From Lama guanicoe (taxonomy: Eukaryota), in NCBI GenBank assembly GCA_013239625.1, contig MU054338.1, forward strand, positions 496,001 to 560,000: DNA of 64,000 nt. Direction: 5' to 3'. A model generated the notes under the pieces. It saw only the letters and a list, made by a program, of their open reading frames with translations. It had not been told where the DNA came from and searched no databases. The first letter of the stretch is position 1; every line of letters begins with the position of its first letter. Both the position numbers and the translations under genes were made by a program. Below are positions 12,559 through 24,500 of the stretch, piece by piece.

Positions 12559-15500
12559 CAGGACCTCATGGTGTCCCGCCCCAGGCTCCACGTGCAATAA
12601 GCTGATGGGGGCCCTGGACACCCATCCCATGTCCCGCCTGCTCTGGAGGCGCCTGAAGCCACTGGTCCTGGGGAAAGTACTGTTTGCTCCTGATACGCCC
12701 TTCACCCGGCAGCTCATGGCCCAGGTGAGGGTGGGAGGGGCCCCTGATCTCTGCCTCAGCCCAGGGGAGAGAGCCCCCCCCTACCCTGGGCGGAGAGGGA
12801 TGGGCGTGGGCTAGGGCTCAGAGGCACGGGATGGAGCAGAGTGGAGGGAGCGGGAGAGGTGGGCAGGGGTCCTCAGAGGAGGGAAGTGTCAATGAACAGG
12901 CGAGGCCGGCATGGACCTCAGCGCCCACCTCCTACAGGTGAACCGAACCTTCCAGGAACTGGCTGTGTTGAAGGACGTCCAGGAGGTGTGGGAGCTGCTG
13001 GGACCCCAGCTCTTCAACTTCATGAATGACAGTGCGAATGTCGCCATGCTGCAGGTGGGGCTGGGATGGAGGGTGGCAGATTCACCCCCACCTCTTCATA
13101 CCCATCACCCCCTGCGGAGGACTTGGGCAAAGGGCAGGGCCTTATGGGCAAGAGTGTGGAGGTGGGATGTGGTGTCCATGGTGAGCTCAGGCCCCAGGGA
13201 TGGGAAGAGGTGCAATGGCCCTGAATGCCCAATGCAGACCCCCACGTTCCACGACACCCCCCAGAAGCTCCTGCAAATCCGGGACGAAAGAAGGAAGCAG
13301 CTAGGACCTGGAGGCCGGGACCAGGTGGAGGCCCTCCGTGCCTTTCTGAACCCACACAGAGGTGGCTACAGCTGGCAGGAGGCCCACGCTGACATGGGAC
13401 ATCTGGTGGGCATGCTGGGCTGCGTGATGGAGGTGAGGGGCCGTCTAGTAGGGGAAATCTCTAAGCGGAGAGGCAGCCCCTCTGTGGGGGTCCGATGGAG
13501 GGGTCGGCCCCACTCTGGGGCTCTGAGCAGGAAGCACGGCTTGGCCCCAAGGTCCAGGGGAGGACCCTGGGACTTCGGACCCACACCCAGGCCCCTCTGC
13601 AGTGCGTGACCCTGGACAAGCTGGAGGCTGTGCCCTCAGAGGCCGCCCTGGTGGAGCGGGCCCTGGAACTGCTCTCCCAGCACCGTTTCTGGGCCGGCAT
13701 TGTCTTCCTGGGGCCGGAGGACTCCCCGGACCGCACGCAGTTCCCAGGCCCTGGTCCCTTGCGCATCAAGATCCGTATGGACATCGATGACGTAACCAGA
13801 ACCAATAAGATAAGGGACAGGTGGGGGCCTTGTGGGGCAGGGCCAAGAGGACGGGGGCTCCATTGTCTAGAGATACCAGAGAGCTTCTCACCTATCAGAG
13901 GTTCCTTAGACCAACTGGGGTCCGTGGTGGGAGGGGCCTATGATGCGTGAGGGGGCGTGGCAGGCGGGGTCAACACTTTGGCTTCTGGGATAAGATGGGA
14001 GCCGCTAGCAGCTGGGGCTAGGTGCTTAATTGAGCGGGCATATAAGAGTGGAGCTAAAAGTGTGATGGGCAGGGCCCAGCCACTCCCTCCAGCCCACCAC
14101 CATGCTCCCCTCAGGTTTTGGGACCCTGGCCCCGCCGCTGACCCCCTGATAGACCTGCGCTATGTGTGGGGCGGCTTCGTGTACCTGCAGGACATGGTGG
14201 AGCGCGCCGCCGTGCACGTGCTCAGCGGCGCCCCGCCCCGCGCCGGCCTCTACCTGCAGCAGATGCCCTACCCTTGCTATGTGGATGATGCGTGAGCACC
14301 CCATCCTCACTCACTCACCCAGATGCCAGATTCCCGGGTCTCAGGGTGGGGCCTGTGTTCCCTTTGGAATGTCCATGCAGTCAATGCTGAGAACTACTGG
14401 TTTAGAGGGACCATTTCCTGTGACCTGTAATGGGAGGAGCAGGGATCCCTAAGGGTCTGGGGTCTCTGGACACAGCGAGAAGGTGGCTTGGCAGCTGGAG
14501 CACTGAGGGGCCATTAGGGGTCCGAGGATAAGGGAGGGCAAATGTTTGCTGGCTGCACCTTGGGACCCCGGGGCGGGAACCATTGTGCTTGATGGGGGCA
14601 GCACGGGGTCTTCGGCCTCCACCCCAGCTGCCCCACTGCCTCAGGTTCCTGCGAGTGCTGAGCCGCTCACTGCCGCTCTTCCTGACGCTGGCCTGGATCT
14701 ACTCGGTGGCGCTGACCGTGAAGGCTGTGGTGCGCGAGAAGGAGACGCGGCTGCGCCACACGATGCGCGCCATGGGGCTCAGTGGCGCTGTGCTGTGGCT
14801 GGGCTGGTTCCTCAGCTGCCTCGGGCCCTTCCTTCTCAGCACCGCGTTGCTCGTGGCCGTGCTCAAGGTGGGCGCACCCGGGCCTGCCTGGCTCCAGAAT
14901 GTGTGTGCTGCACGTGGGAGGGTAACAGGCAGGGGGGGCCTCCCGCTGTCGTGTGTCACTGGGCCAATCCCAGCACCCTCTCAAGCTCCCTCTGACTCCC
15001 GCAGCTTGGGGACATCCTCCCCTACAGCCACCCTGTTGTGCTCTTCCTGTTCTTGGCGGCTTTCGCCGTGGCCACGGTGGTCCAGAGTTTCTTGCTGAGC
15101 GCCTTCTTCTCCCGCGCCAACCTGGCGGCCGCCTGCGGGGGCCTCGCCTACTTCGTGCTCTACCTGCCCTACGTGCTGTGCGTGGCCTGGAGGGACCAGC
15201 TGCCGGTGGGCGGCCGCGTCGCCGCGGTAAGAGCCGATCCGGGTGGGTGCCGGGGTGCTGAACACCCTTAGTTGCCCTTGCTCGCTGACCCACCTACCTC
15301 CCTACCCCAACCCGCAGAGCCTTCTGTCACCTGTGGCCTTTGGCTTCGGCTGCGAGAGCCTCGCGCTGCTGGAGGAGCAGGGTGAGGGCGCGCAGTGGCA
15401 CAACATGGGCACTGCGCCTACGGACGACGTCTTCAGCCTGGCCCAGGTTTCGGGCCTTCTGCTGCTCGATGCCACTCTCTACGGCCTCGCCACTTGGTAC

Positions 15501-18500
15501 CTGGAGGCCGTGTGCCCAGGTGGGCTGTAGGAGGGACACCAGCACAAGGGAGGCTGGCTGAGGGGCGGGACCCTGGGTGGGGCGGGGCTGAAAGGCCTTT
15601 GGTACCTGGAGGCGGGTCTAGCTGAGTGGGTGGGGCTTCCTTGCCCCTCTGCACACGCACACTGGTGGCTGCGTGGAGGGACAGCCTGGGGCAGGCGGAT
15701 GGGACTTCCTGGTTACCTCCTACCTGGATGGCCTAATCCCAGGTGTGTGGCCAGAAGCTGGCACACTCCAGGAGGGTGGGCTCGAGGGGTAACTGAGCAC
15801 CATTTCCCACAGGCCAGTACGGGATTCCCGAACCATGGAACTTTCCCTTTCAGAGGAGCTACTGGATTGGCCCTCAGCCCCCTCAGGGTCCTGCCCCGCC
15901 CCCTGCCCCGCAAGACCCACAGGGTGAGGCCTGACAAACATTAGCAGCCACTTCCCTGGCCCCCCCAAAACCGTGGTTCCCACAGATCCCGATCCTCTGG
16001 ACACCCCCTAGTTCCCCAGGTCCCCTGGGGCTACCCGAACTCCTACAGACCCCAGCCCGAGAAGTCCCCGACTCCGCAGACCAGTTTTAAGGGTCCCCAG
16101 ACCCCCAAGAGCTCCCATGGCTGACTGTACCTTCCCTCTGCAGTGCTGGTGGAGGAGGCACCACATGGCCTGGTTCCCGGGGTCTCCATACGGGGCCTAG
16201 AAAAGCGCTTTCCTGGCAACCCGCAGCCAGCCCTGCGGGGGCTCAGCCTGGACTTCTACCAGGGCCACATCACCGCCTTCCTGGGCCACAACGGAGCAGG
16301 CAAGACCACTACTCTGTGAGCAGCCTGCACTCCCCTCCCTTCCCAGGGGTCATCTGGGGTCGGAAGTTTCCTTTCTGTACAGTGAGGGTGGGACCCCAGT
16401 TCACTTTGGACACACAATTGGCAGGCGACAAGTGCTTTCTTTGAGCCTCATTTTCCGTCTCCTGTAAAATGGGGATGTAACACCCCTTTGGTATGGGCAT
16501 ACAGTTGGCACCCTGTAAGTGCTGGTCTCTCCTCTCTGGGAGCCTCGGTTTTCCCCTCTGAAGGAGCAGCTGTTCTGAGACCTGTGCACCCCCAGGTCCA
16601 TCCTGAGCGGCCTTTTCCCACCCACTTCTGGCTCTGCCTGTGTCCTGGGCCATGACGTCCGGTCCGGCATGGCAGCCATCCGGCCCCACCTGGGCATTTG
16701 CCCACAGTACAACGTGCTGTTTGACATGTGCGTCACAGTGGGCCCCGGGGGCGGCAATGGGAGGGGCTGGGTGTTCTCTGGGGCCCTGCCAGCCATGGTG
16801 GCCACCCTGTTTTCCGCCCGTGGCCTCAGGCTGACTGTGGATGAGCATGTCTGGTTCTACGGGCGGTTGAAGGGTCTGAGCGCAGCTGCCGTGGGCCCTG
16901 AGCAGGACCGTCTGCTTCAGGACGTGGGGCTCATCCCCAAGCGGCACACACAGACGCGCCACCTCTCTGGTGAGCCCAGCCTGGTGGGGAGCCTCTGGGT
17001 CTGTGGAGGTGAGGCTGGGGGGAGGGGCTGGGACTTTATCCCCAGGGCGGTGGGAAGCCAGGAGACGGGTATCTGGGGGCCCAGGTGGGTAGGGAAAGGG
17101 GCAGGGAGGAGGGAGGCAGCCCTGCCCAAGGCTGGGGGGCAGGGTCATGCAAGACCCCACCCCTGTCCCAACCCAGGCGGGACACAGCGGAAGCTTTCAG
17201 TGGCCATTGCCTTTGTGGGTGGCTCCCAAGTCGTTATCCTGGACGAGCCCACGGCTGGTGTGGACCCTGCTTCCCGTCGCAGCATTTGGGAGCTGCTGCT
17301 CAAATACCGTGAAGGTAAGAGTTGGGGGTGGCCTGAGGTTCCCCTGGATTCTGCTTGAGGAGCCAGAAGATGTTTCTGATGAGAAGGTGCTGGAGATGGG
17401 GTTTTGAGGGGTGAGGAGGAGTTTACCACATGGGGCAGGCAATTCCTGGCAGAGGCCTTGCAGCCGGGGTGGTATGTGCGGATTGGGTCCCATGCCCAGG
17501 TCGCACACTGATCCTTTCCACCCACCACCTGGATGAGGCTGAGCTGTTGGGAGACCGTGTGGCAATAGTGGCAGCCGGCCGCCTGTGCTGCTGTGGCTCC
17601 CCACTCTTCTTGCGGCGTCACTTGGGCTCCGGATACTACCTGACGCTGGTGAAGGGTCCCCCACCTCTGGCCGCCAGCAAAAAGGTGAGGGCTGACCTCT
17701 GACCACTGACCCTCAAGGCTCTGTCCAGACCTGATGGCCATGGCAGTTGGTGCTCCTCTGTCCACAGGGTGACACTGACTTGAAGGATACCAGGAGGGAA
17801 GGGGAGCTGGGCAGCCATGACAGCACTGCCGGTGAGGGTAGGGGGTAGGGAGGAGCCAGAGGGAGCGGCTGGTGGTGGCGGTGACTTGGTTCAGGGCAAC
17901 AGGGTTTTGACCCCAGGCTGGACCCCTGACCCCTGACCATGGGCTGAGTCCACACACAAACCTACCCCTGCCCCTGGGTAGACTCTGGCTCTGAGTCCAG
18001 GTCAGGTCCTGCCCTCAGGTGCTTAATCCTGACCTTCTCTGCCTTTCGGGACAGGTTCCTCACGGGGCACCCAAGCCCCTTCCCCAGGGAGGCTAGGATG
18101 GGGGAGGGGCAGGAGCAGGGACTACTTCACTCCTCCGGGGCCCCTCACGTGCCCCACTGCCCACCCAGGTGTGCCCCAGCTGCTGGCCCTGGTGCAGCGC
18201 CTGGTGCCCGGGGCACGGCTGGTTGAGGAGCTGCCACACCAGCTGGTGCTGGCACTGCCCTACAAGGGCGCCCTGGACGGCAGCTTCGCCGAGCTCTTCC
18301 GTGAGCTGGACCTGCAGCTGGGGAAGCTGGGGCTGGCCAGCTATGGGATCTCCGACACCAGCCTCGAGGAGGTGCGGCTGCTGGGGGAGGTTTGGCAGCG
18401 TGGGAGGTGAGCTGCTTGGAGGGGGTGGCGCTTGGCAGGATGAGAAGGAGTCCGCTTGTTGACAGCTGGGCATCCACGGGAGGAGGCAGGGCACACGCAG

Positions 18501-21500
18501 GGGCCTGGAGGCCCAGAGTCCCTTGGGGAGGCCTGGGGACCCCCACCAATGAGGGCTGGGTGGCTCTTGAGTCCCCCTCTCTCCTGTGTGTCTCCAGGCT
18601 CTGAGCCCCCTGCTTTGTCTCCCCAGATCTTCCTGAAGGTGGTAGAGGACTGTGCTACAGACACAGGCCCAGAGAATGCAGCCACAGGTCCATGTCCCAG
18701 GCCCCTGACCCTGGTCCAGAGTTGGACCTGACTTTAGACCAAGTCCCCATCCCTGGCTGAGCGTAGCCCAAGGCATAGCCCCAACCTACATCCTTCACTC
18801 CTGACTCCTCCATCTGTGAGCCTTGATCTAAACCCAGACCCCAGGCTGAATGCTGACCCTGACCCCTTCTCCACAGATGGTCAGCACAGGCAGCTCCAGT
18901 GCTTGAGGAATTACCCGGAAGTGACCACGCGGCTCAAGATTCTGCCCGAGGGGTCCGCCCTGGAGAATGGGGAGCTGGGTGAGTTGTCCCCACCCAACCC
19001 TGTAGCCCTGTGGCCCCTCCTGATCCCCTCCTGATCAGGGCATGGGCATTGACCTCCCACCCCCCCCCACAGCTGGATCTGCCCCAGAGATGCAGGCCCT
19101 GCAGAGCTCAGGGCCAGATGCCACAGGCCGGGTCCAGGGCTGGGCACTGACCCTCCAACAGCTCCGGGCCTTGCTTCTCAAACGCTTCCTGCTGGCCCAC
19201 CGCAGCCGCCGGGGCCTGTTCGCACAGGTGAGTGGGGCCGGGCACCAGGGAGGCAGCGTGGGGGACCCTGGGGGCCTGTAATCCACTCTGTGACCTAATT
19301 CAGCCCCCTGATCCCAGGCATATCCCTCACTCTGAACACTTTTACTGAGAGCACTGGGGTGCCATGGATGGTTCTAGAGCGGGATCTGGGGAGGCTGGCT
19401 GCAGGCAAGCTTGGAGGGTAGACGGTGAGGACAGCTGATGGGCTGGTCCTTCAGATCGTGCTGCCTGCCCTCTTTGTGGGCCTTGCGCTGGCGTTCAGCC
19501 TCGTCGTGCCTCCTTTTGGATACTACCCGCCTCTGCAGCTCAGTCCCAGCATGTACGGTGCCCAGGTGTCCTTCTTCAGGTGGGCGCAGAGGAGAGAGGG
19601 CTGGTGGCGGGAGGGCCAGGGGCCTATGGGTGCAGCCCTGACCCAGCACCCCCACTCCATGCAGCGAGGATGCCCCAGGTGACCCTGAACGTGCCCATCT
19701 GCTTGAGGCACTGCTGGAGGAGGCCGGATTGGAGGCAAATAACTCCGCCAGGTGAGGGCCTGCCAAGCCTGAACCCTGCTCCTCTCTGGCCTCGGTTTCA
19801 CTATCTGGACTCTGGCCACTGGGCCCCCGTGGGTGCGGGTGCCGGGGGCACCCCCGTGCCTGCTTGGGAGCTGGGCGCGTCCACATTCGAGGAGCCCAGG
19901 AAGCCGGATACCCCAGCCCAGCCCCAACCCTCCCCGCCCCTGCCCCTGTAGGGCGCCCAAGTGCACCCCGCCCGCCGTCGGCCAGTTCTCGGTGCCCGAG
20001 GTTCCTGCGGATGTGGCTGAAGTCTTGGCCAGGGGCAACTGGACGCCAGAGTCTCCGTCCCCAGCCTGCCAGTGTAGCCGGCCTGGCGCCCGCCGCCTGC
20101 TGCCCGACTGTCCCTCAGGGGCCGGTGGTCCCCCGCCACCCCAGGCGCCAAGCAGCTCGGGCGAAGTGGTCCAGAACCTAACCGGCCGGAATCTGTCTGA
20201 CTTCCTGGTCAAGACCTACCCGGGCCTAGTGCGCCAGGGGTGAGCCGCCGCCCTGGACTCAGCGTGCCTGGCTATAACATGGGTCCTCGGGTGGAGGAGG
20301 TGGTCTGGTCTGGGGGGGGTCAGAGGTGGATGCCCGGCTTGGGGCTCTGGGCTGGGGCCTCCCGAGTACCCTCCACTCCTCACCCTTTTCATCTATCTCA
20401 CTGACTCCCCCACATCTCTGTCTCTTCATCTCAGTCACCTCTCTGTCTGTCTCTGCCAACAGCCTGAAAACTAAGAAGTGGGTGAATGAGGTCAGGTGAG
20501 GAGTGTCCCCGCCCGGGTTCCTTCCTGTGCCCTCTGCCTGCCCGCTGGGAGACTCTGCTGCCCCATCTGCCCAGGCCCTCAGCCGCCCCTCCTGCCTCCA
20601 CTGCTCCACAGGTATGGGGGCTTCTCCCTGGGGGGCCGAGACCCGGGCCTACCCTCAGGGCTTGAGGTGGGTCGCTCTGTGGAGGAGCTGCGGGCCCTGC
20701 TGAGTCCCCAACCTGGCGGGGCCCTCGACCGCATCCTGAACAACCTCACAGCATGGGCTCTCAGTCTGGACACCCAGGACAGCCTCAAGGTGGGAACGGA
20801 GCGGGTAGCAGGCAGATGCTGTTGGGGACAGGTCTGACCCCCACACTGACCCCTCCACTCTGACCCCACCCCAGATATGGTTCAACAACAAGGGCTGGCA
20901 CGCGATGGTGGCCTTTGTCAACCGAGCCAACAATGCTCTCCTACATGCCCGTCAGCCACCAGGCCCCACCCGTCAAGCCCACAGCATTATCACCATCAAC
21001 CATCCACTGAACCTCACCAAGGAGCAGCTGTCCGAGGCTGCGCTGTGAGTCCCTCTGCCCTGTGTGTCCCCCCGCCTCCGTTTTTCTGGTGTTTTGGGCA
21101 GTAGGAGTTGGATTTATGCTCTGCCACACTCCTGCTCTGTAAGTGGGGGTCAGGAACGGCCCCTCTGCACTCCCTAGGCCAGGGTAATGGGACAGCATGA
21201 GGCTCCAGTCTCCTCCAACAGCCTGCACATCCTTGTCACATCAACCTCTATCCGACGAGAGACCTGCACAACCTCTCCCTGGCCAACGACCTGAAATGGC
21301 TCAGGCCCCATCCCCCACCCATGCCCAGCCATGGGGACCTCTGTCCCATTTGTGGCATGCCCAGTTCCGCTCTGAGCTGCTCATTTACCCTCGCCCCCAG
21401 GATGGCCTCCTCAGTGGACGTGCTCGTCTCCATCTGCGTGGTCTTTGCTATGTCCTTCGTCCCAGCCAGCTTCACCCTTGTCCTCATCGACGAGCGTGTC

Positions 21501-24500
21501 ACCCGAGCCAAACACCTGCAGTGCATGGGTGGCCTGCCCCCAACCCTCTACTGGCTCAGCAACTTTGTCTGGGACATGGTGCGGTGTCTGCCTGGAGGGG
21601 TGGGGCCCCAGTCACCACTTGCCATTGCCCCTGCTGGGCAGATCATGTCTAGGATGGCCCAAGTGAAATCTTGGGGATTGTGGGAGACCTCATGTCCTGC
21701 TACCCAAAGCACAGGGAGGTCAGGGGGTGGGGGGGAGTACAGTGCTGAGGATGCCAGTTTCTGCCCCTGCACACTGAGGGGTGTAACTGCCATCTCCAAT
21801 GCAGTGTAACTACTTGGTGCCAGCGTGCATTGTGGTCCTCATTTTTCTGGCCTTCCAGCAGAGGGCGTATGTGGCCCCTGCCAACCTGCCTGCCCTCCTG
21901 CTCTTGCTACTACTGTATGGGTGAGGCCCCCAGCCCCTCAGGGCTTGTTCTTATTGATACCCCCTACCACCTAATACTGTTGAGGGAGATAGGACTCTGT
22001 AGCAACTCCTAAGGGGAGGATTTGGAGGTCTGAGTTGACCCCAAGTGTGATCTAGTTCAGCGGTGTGCTGAGGTGGCCTTAAAAGCTCATCTTGTTCTGG
22101 CCCGCATCACAGGAGTCTACAACACAGAATTTGGGAGGGGAGATCTGTATTCCTCTCAGGGCTGCTCAGCACCCTGTCTGGGCAGTAAGAGCAACTCCTG
22201 TTACCCTTCAGCTGGTCGATCACACCGCTCATGTACCCAGCCTCCTTCTTCTTCTCCGTGCCCAGCACGGCCTACGTGGTGCTCACCTGCATCAACCTCT
22301 TTATTGGCACCAATGGCAGCATGGCCACTTTTGTGCTTGAGCTCTTCTCTGATCAGGTAAGGGCACCACAAGCCTGGGCCTTGGGCTGGAGTTGGATGGG
22401 GGCATCAGCCTCAGCCCCTGACTTATCTCCTTCTTTCTGCCCTTGAGCAGAAATTGCAGGAGGTGAGCCAGATCCTGAAACGGGTCTTCCTTATCTTTCC
22501 CCACTTCTGCCTGGGCCGGGGGCTCATTGACATGGTGCGGAACCAGGCCATGGCTGACGCCTTTGAGCGCTTGGGTGAGAACTTCCCTCTAGCCATCAAT
22601 TCTACAGGCAAGGACAAATGACAGCCCCCAGGAAGAGAACTGAAGGTCTTAGGTGGCCCCAAGAACTGGTGGACCAAGTTAGAGGTGCAGCAAAGCAGCC
22701 GTAAAAGTCAATTCCATCTTGGTCACATCACGAGAGGTCTGAGGCCCTAAATAAGGGAGATGATAATGCCACTATTTTCTATGCCAATTAGACCCCAGTT
22801 GAGTGGCCTATTCAGTTATTGGTCCTTTCCCTTAAGAACCCAACGTTGAGGGGAGGGTACAGCTCAGTGGTAGAGTGCTTGCCTAGCATGCATGAGGTCC
22901 AGGGTTCAATTCCTAGTACCTCCACCAAATAAATAAACCTAATTATCTCCTCCACACACAAAAGCATTAAAAACAAACAAAAAGAACCCAAAATAACCCA
23001 AACAGAGAGGGACCCAGATCCCAAGACCCCCAAAATGACCCAATCCCTCCTTCCTATCCCCACAGGAGATGGGCAGTTCCAGTCACCCCTGCGCTGGGAG
23101 GTGGTTGGCAAGAACCTCTTGGCCATGGTGGTACAGGGGCCCATCTTCCTCCTCTTCACGCTCCTGCTGCAGCATCGCAACCGCCTCCTGCCACAGTCAG
23201 TCTGGACCAGGGAGGGTGGTGCGGGCTGGGGTCTGGCTCTGGGCTCACTCATGTCTCTCTGTTCTCAGACCCAGGCTGAAGCCTCTGCCTCCCCTGGGAG
23301 AGGAGGATGAAGATGTGGCCCGTGAGCGGGAACGGGTCATGCTGGGGGATACCCAGGGGGATGTGTTGGTGCTGAGGGACCTGACCAAGGTGGGTGCAGA
23401 GTGCGGGCTTGGGGGGCTCCCTCTGGCCCACTCCCCATTCTCATGGACCTGTGCCCTTCCCAGGTGTACCGTGGGCAGAGGACACTGGCTGTCAACCGCC
23501 TGTGCCTGGGGATCCCCCCTGGCGAGGTAGGTCCAGGGTGGAGGTTCTGGTCCAGGGCTGAGAGGCTGCCCTACTGTGCACCCCCCGCCCCTTACCGTGT
23601 TTGTGCTTATCTCCCTCTACTGAACACCTACTGTGCACCTGCTGCTCTTTATTGAGCACTTACTGGCTGTCGACACTTGAGCTTCAATTTTGAGCCAACA
23701 AATTCTCATTAAGCACCTACTGCATGCTTACATTTATTGACCCCTACTGTGTGCTATCAGGTATTAGAACAAGCCTACTGAGGACAAATTAATGGTTGAG
23801 CACTTGTTGGGCTCCCACATACATGCCGTTTATATTAATCAAGCACCTACTGTGTATCAGCGTTTACTGACTATGAACTGTGTACATTAAAGCATTGTTG
23901 AGCCCCCTTGTGTGCACCCAAAGTGTACTGAATGTCACCTTTGTGATGGTCAACTTTTTATCAAGCACCAACAGTATTTACTGAGCTCCTACTGTGTATG
24001 TCTGAGCACTGCTGACAGCCAGTATCTAGCCGGCACCTGCTTTGTATTGATTCACATTCCGGCAGTTACTCTGTGCAGACTTACCTGCTGTGGGCCATTT
24101 ACTGGCCCCTTCTGGGGGCTGGCACGCACCCACGGACACGTGTGGCGTGCTAGTGTCAGCTGTAGTCACTGTGTCGAGTGCCTACTGTGTGTAGCCAACC
24201 TCTCCACCTCAGGCTGACTTGCGCCCAGCCTGAATTCTCTCTGGGCACCATTGCCATCAGGCACCCCACGCGTGGCCGGAGACATTCAGAAAGCTCCTGC
24301 GTGCCCGGATGGATTCAGCACGTGCCGTGTGCCAGCCACATTCCTGCCGAGTGGCAGCTTTACGTCTGCCTGCACACCCAGTGTCTGCCCCAGGGGTCCC
24401 TGTGGAACTGAGAAAGCTGCCCCAGAAATCAGAGGCGCTGGGGCAAGGGCCTGAGGCCTCACTGAGCGCCACCTGTGGGTGTGCCTGCAGTGTTTTGGAC

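Noticed and set aside
18676-18876. AT-AC minor intron explaining the AT at the expected ABCA7 donor
   Set aside because: ATGCAG does not match the U12 donor ATATCCT, and the intron ends in AG.
23565-24200. CRISPR-like repeat-spacer array
   Set aside because: Mammalian intron, highly degenerate and irregularly spaced units, no cas genes; better explained as an L2-derived minisatellite.
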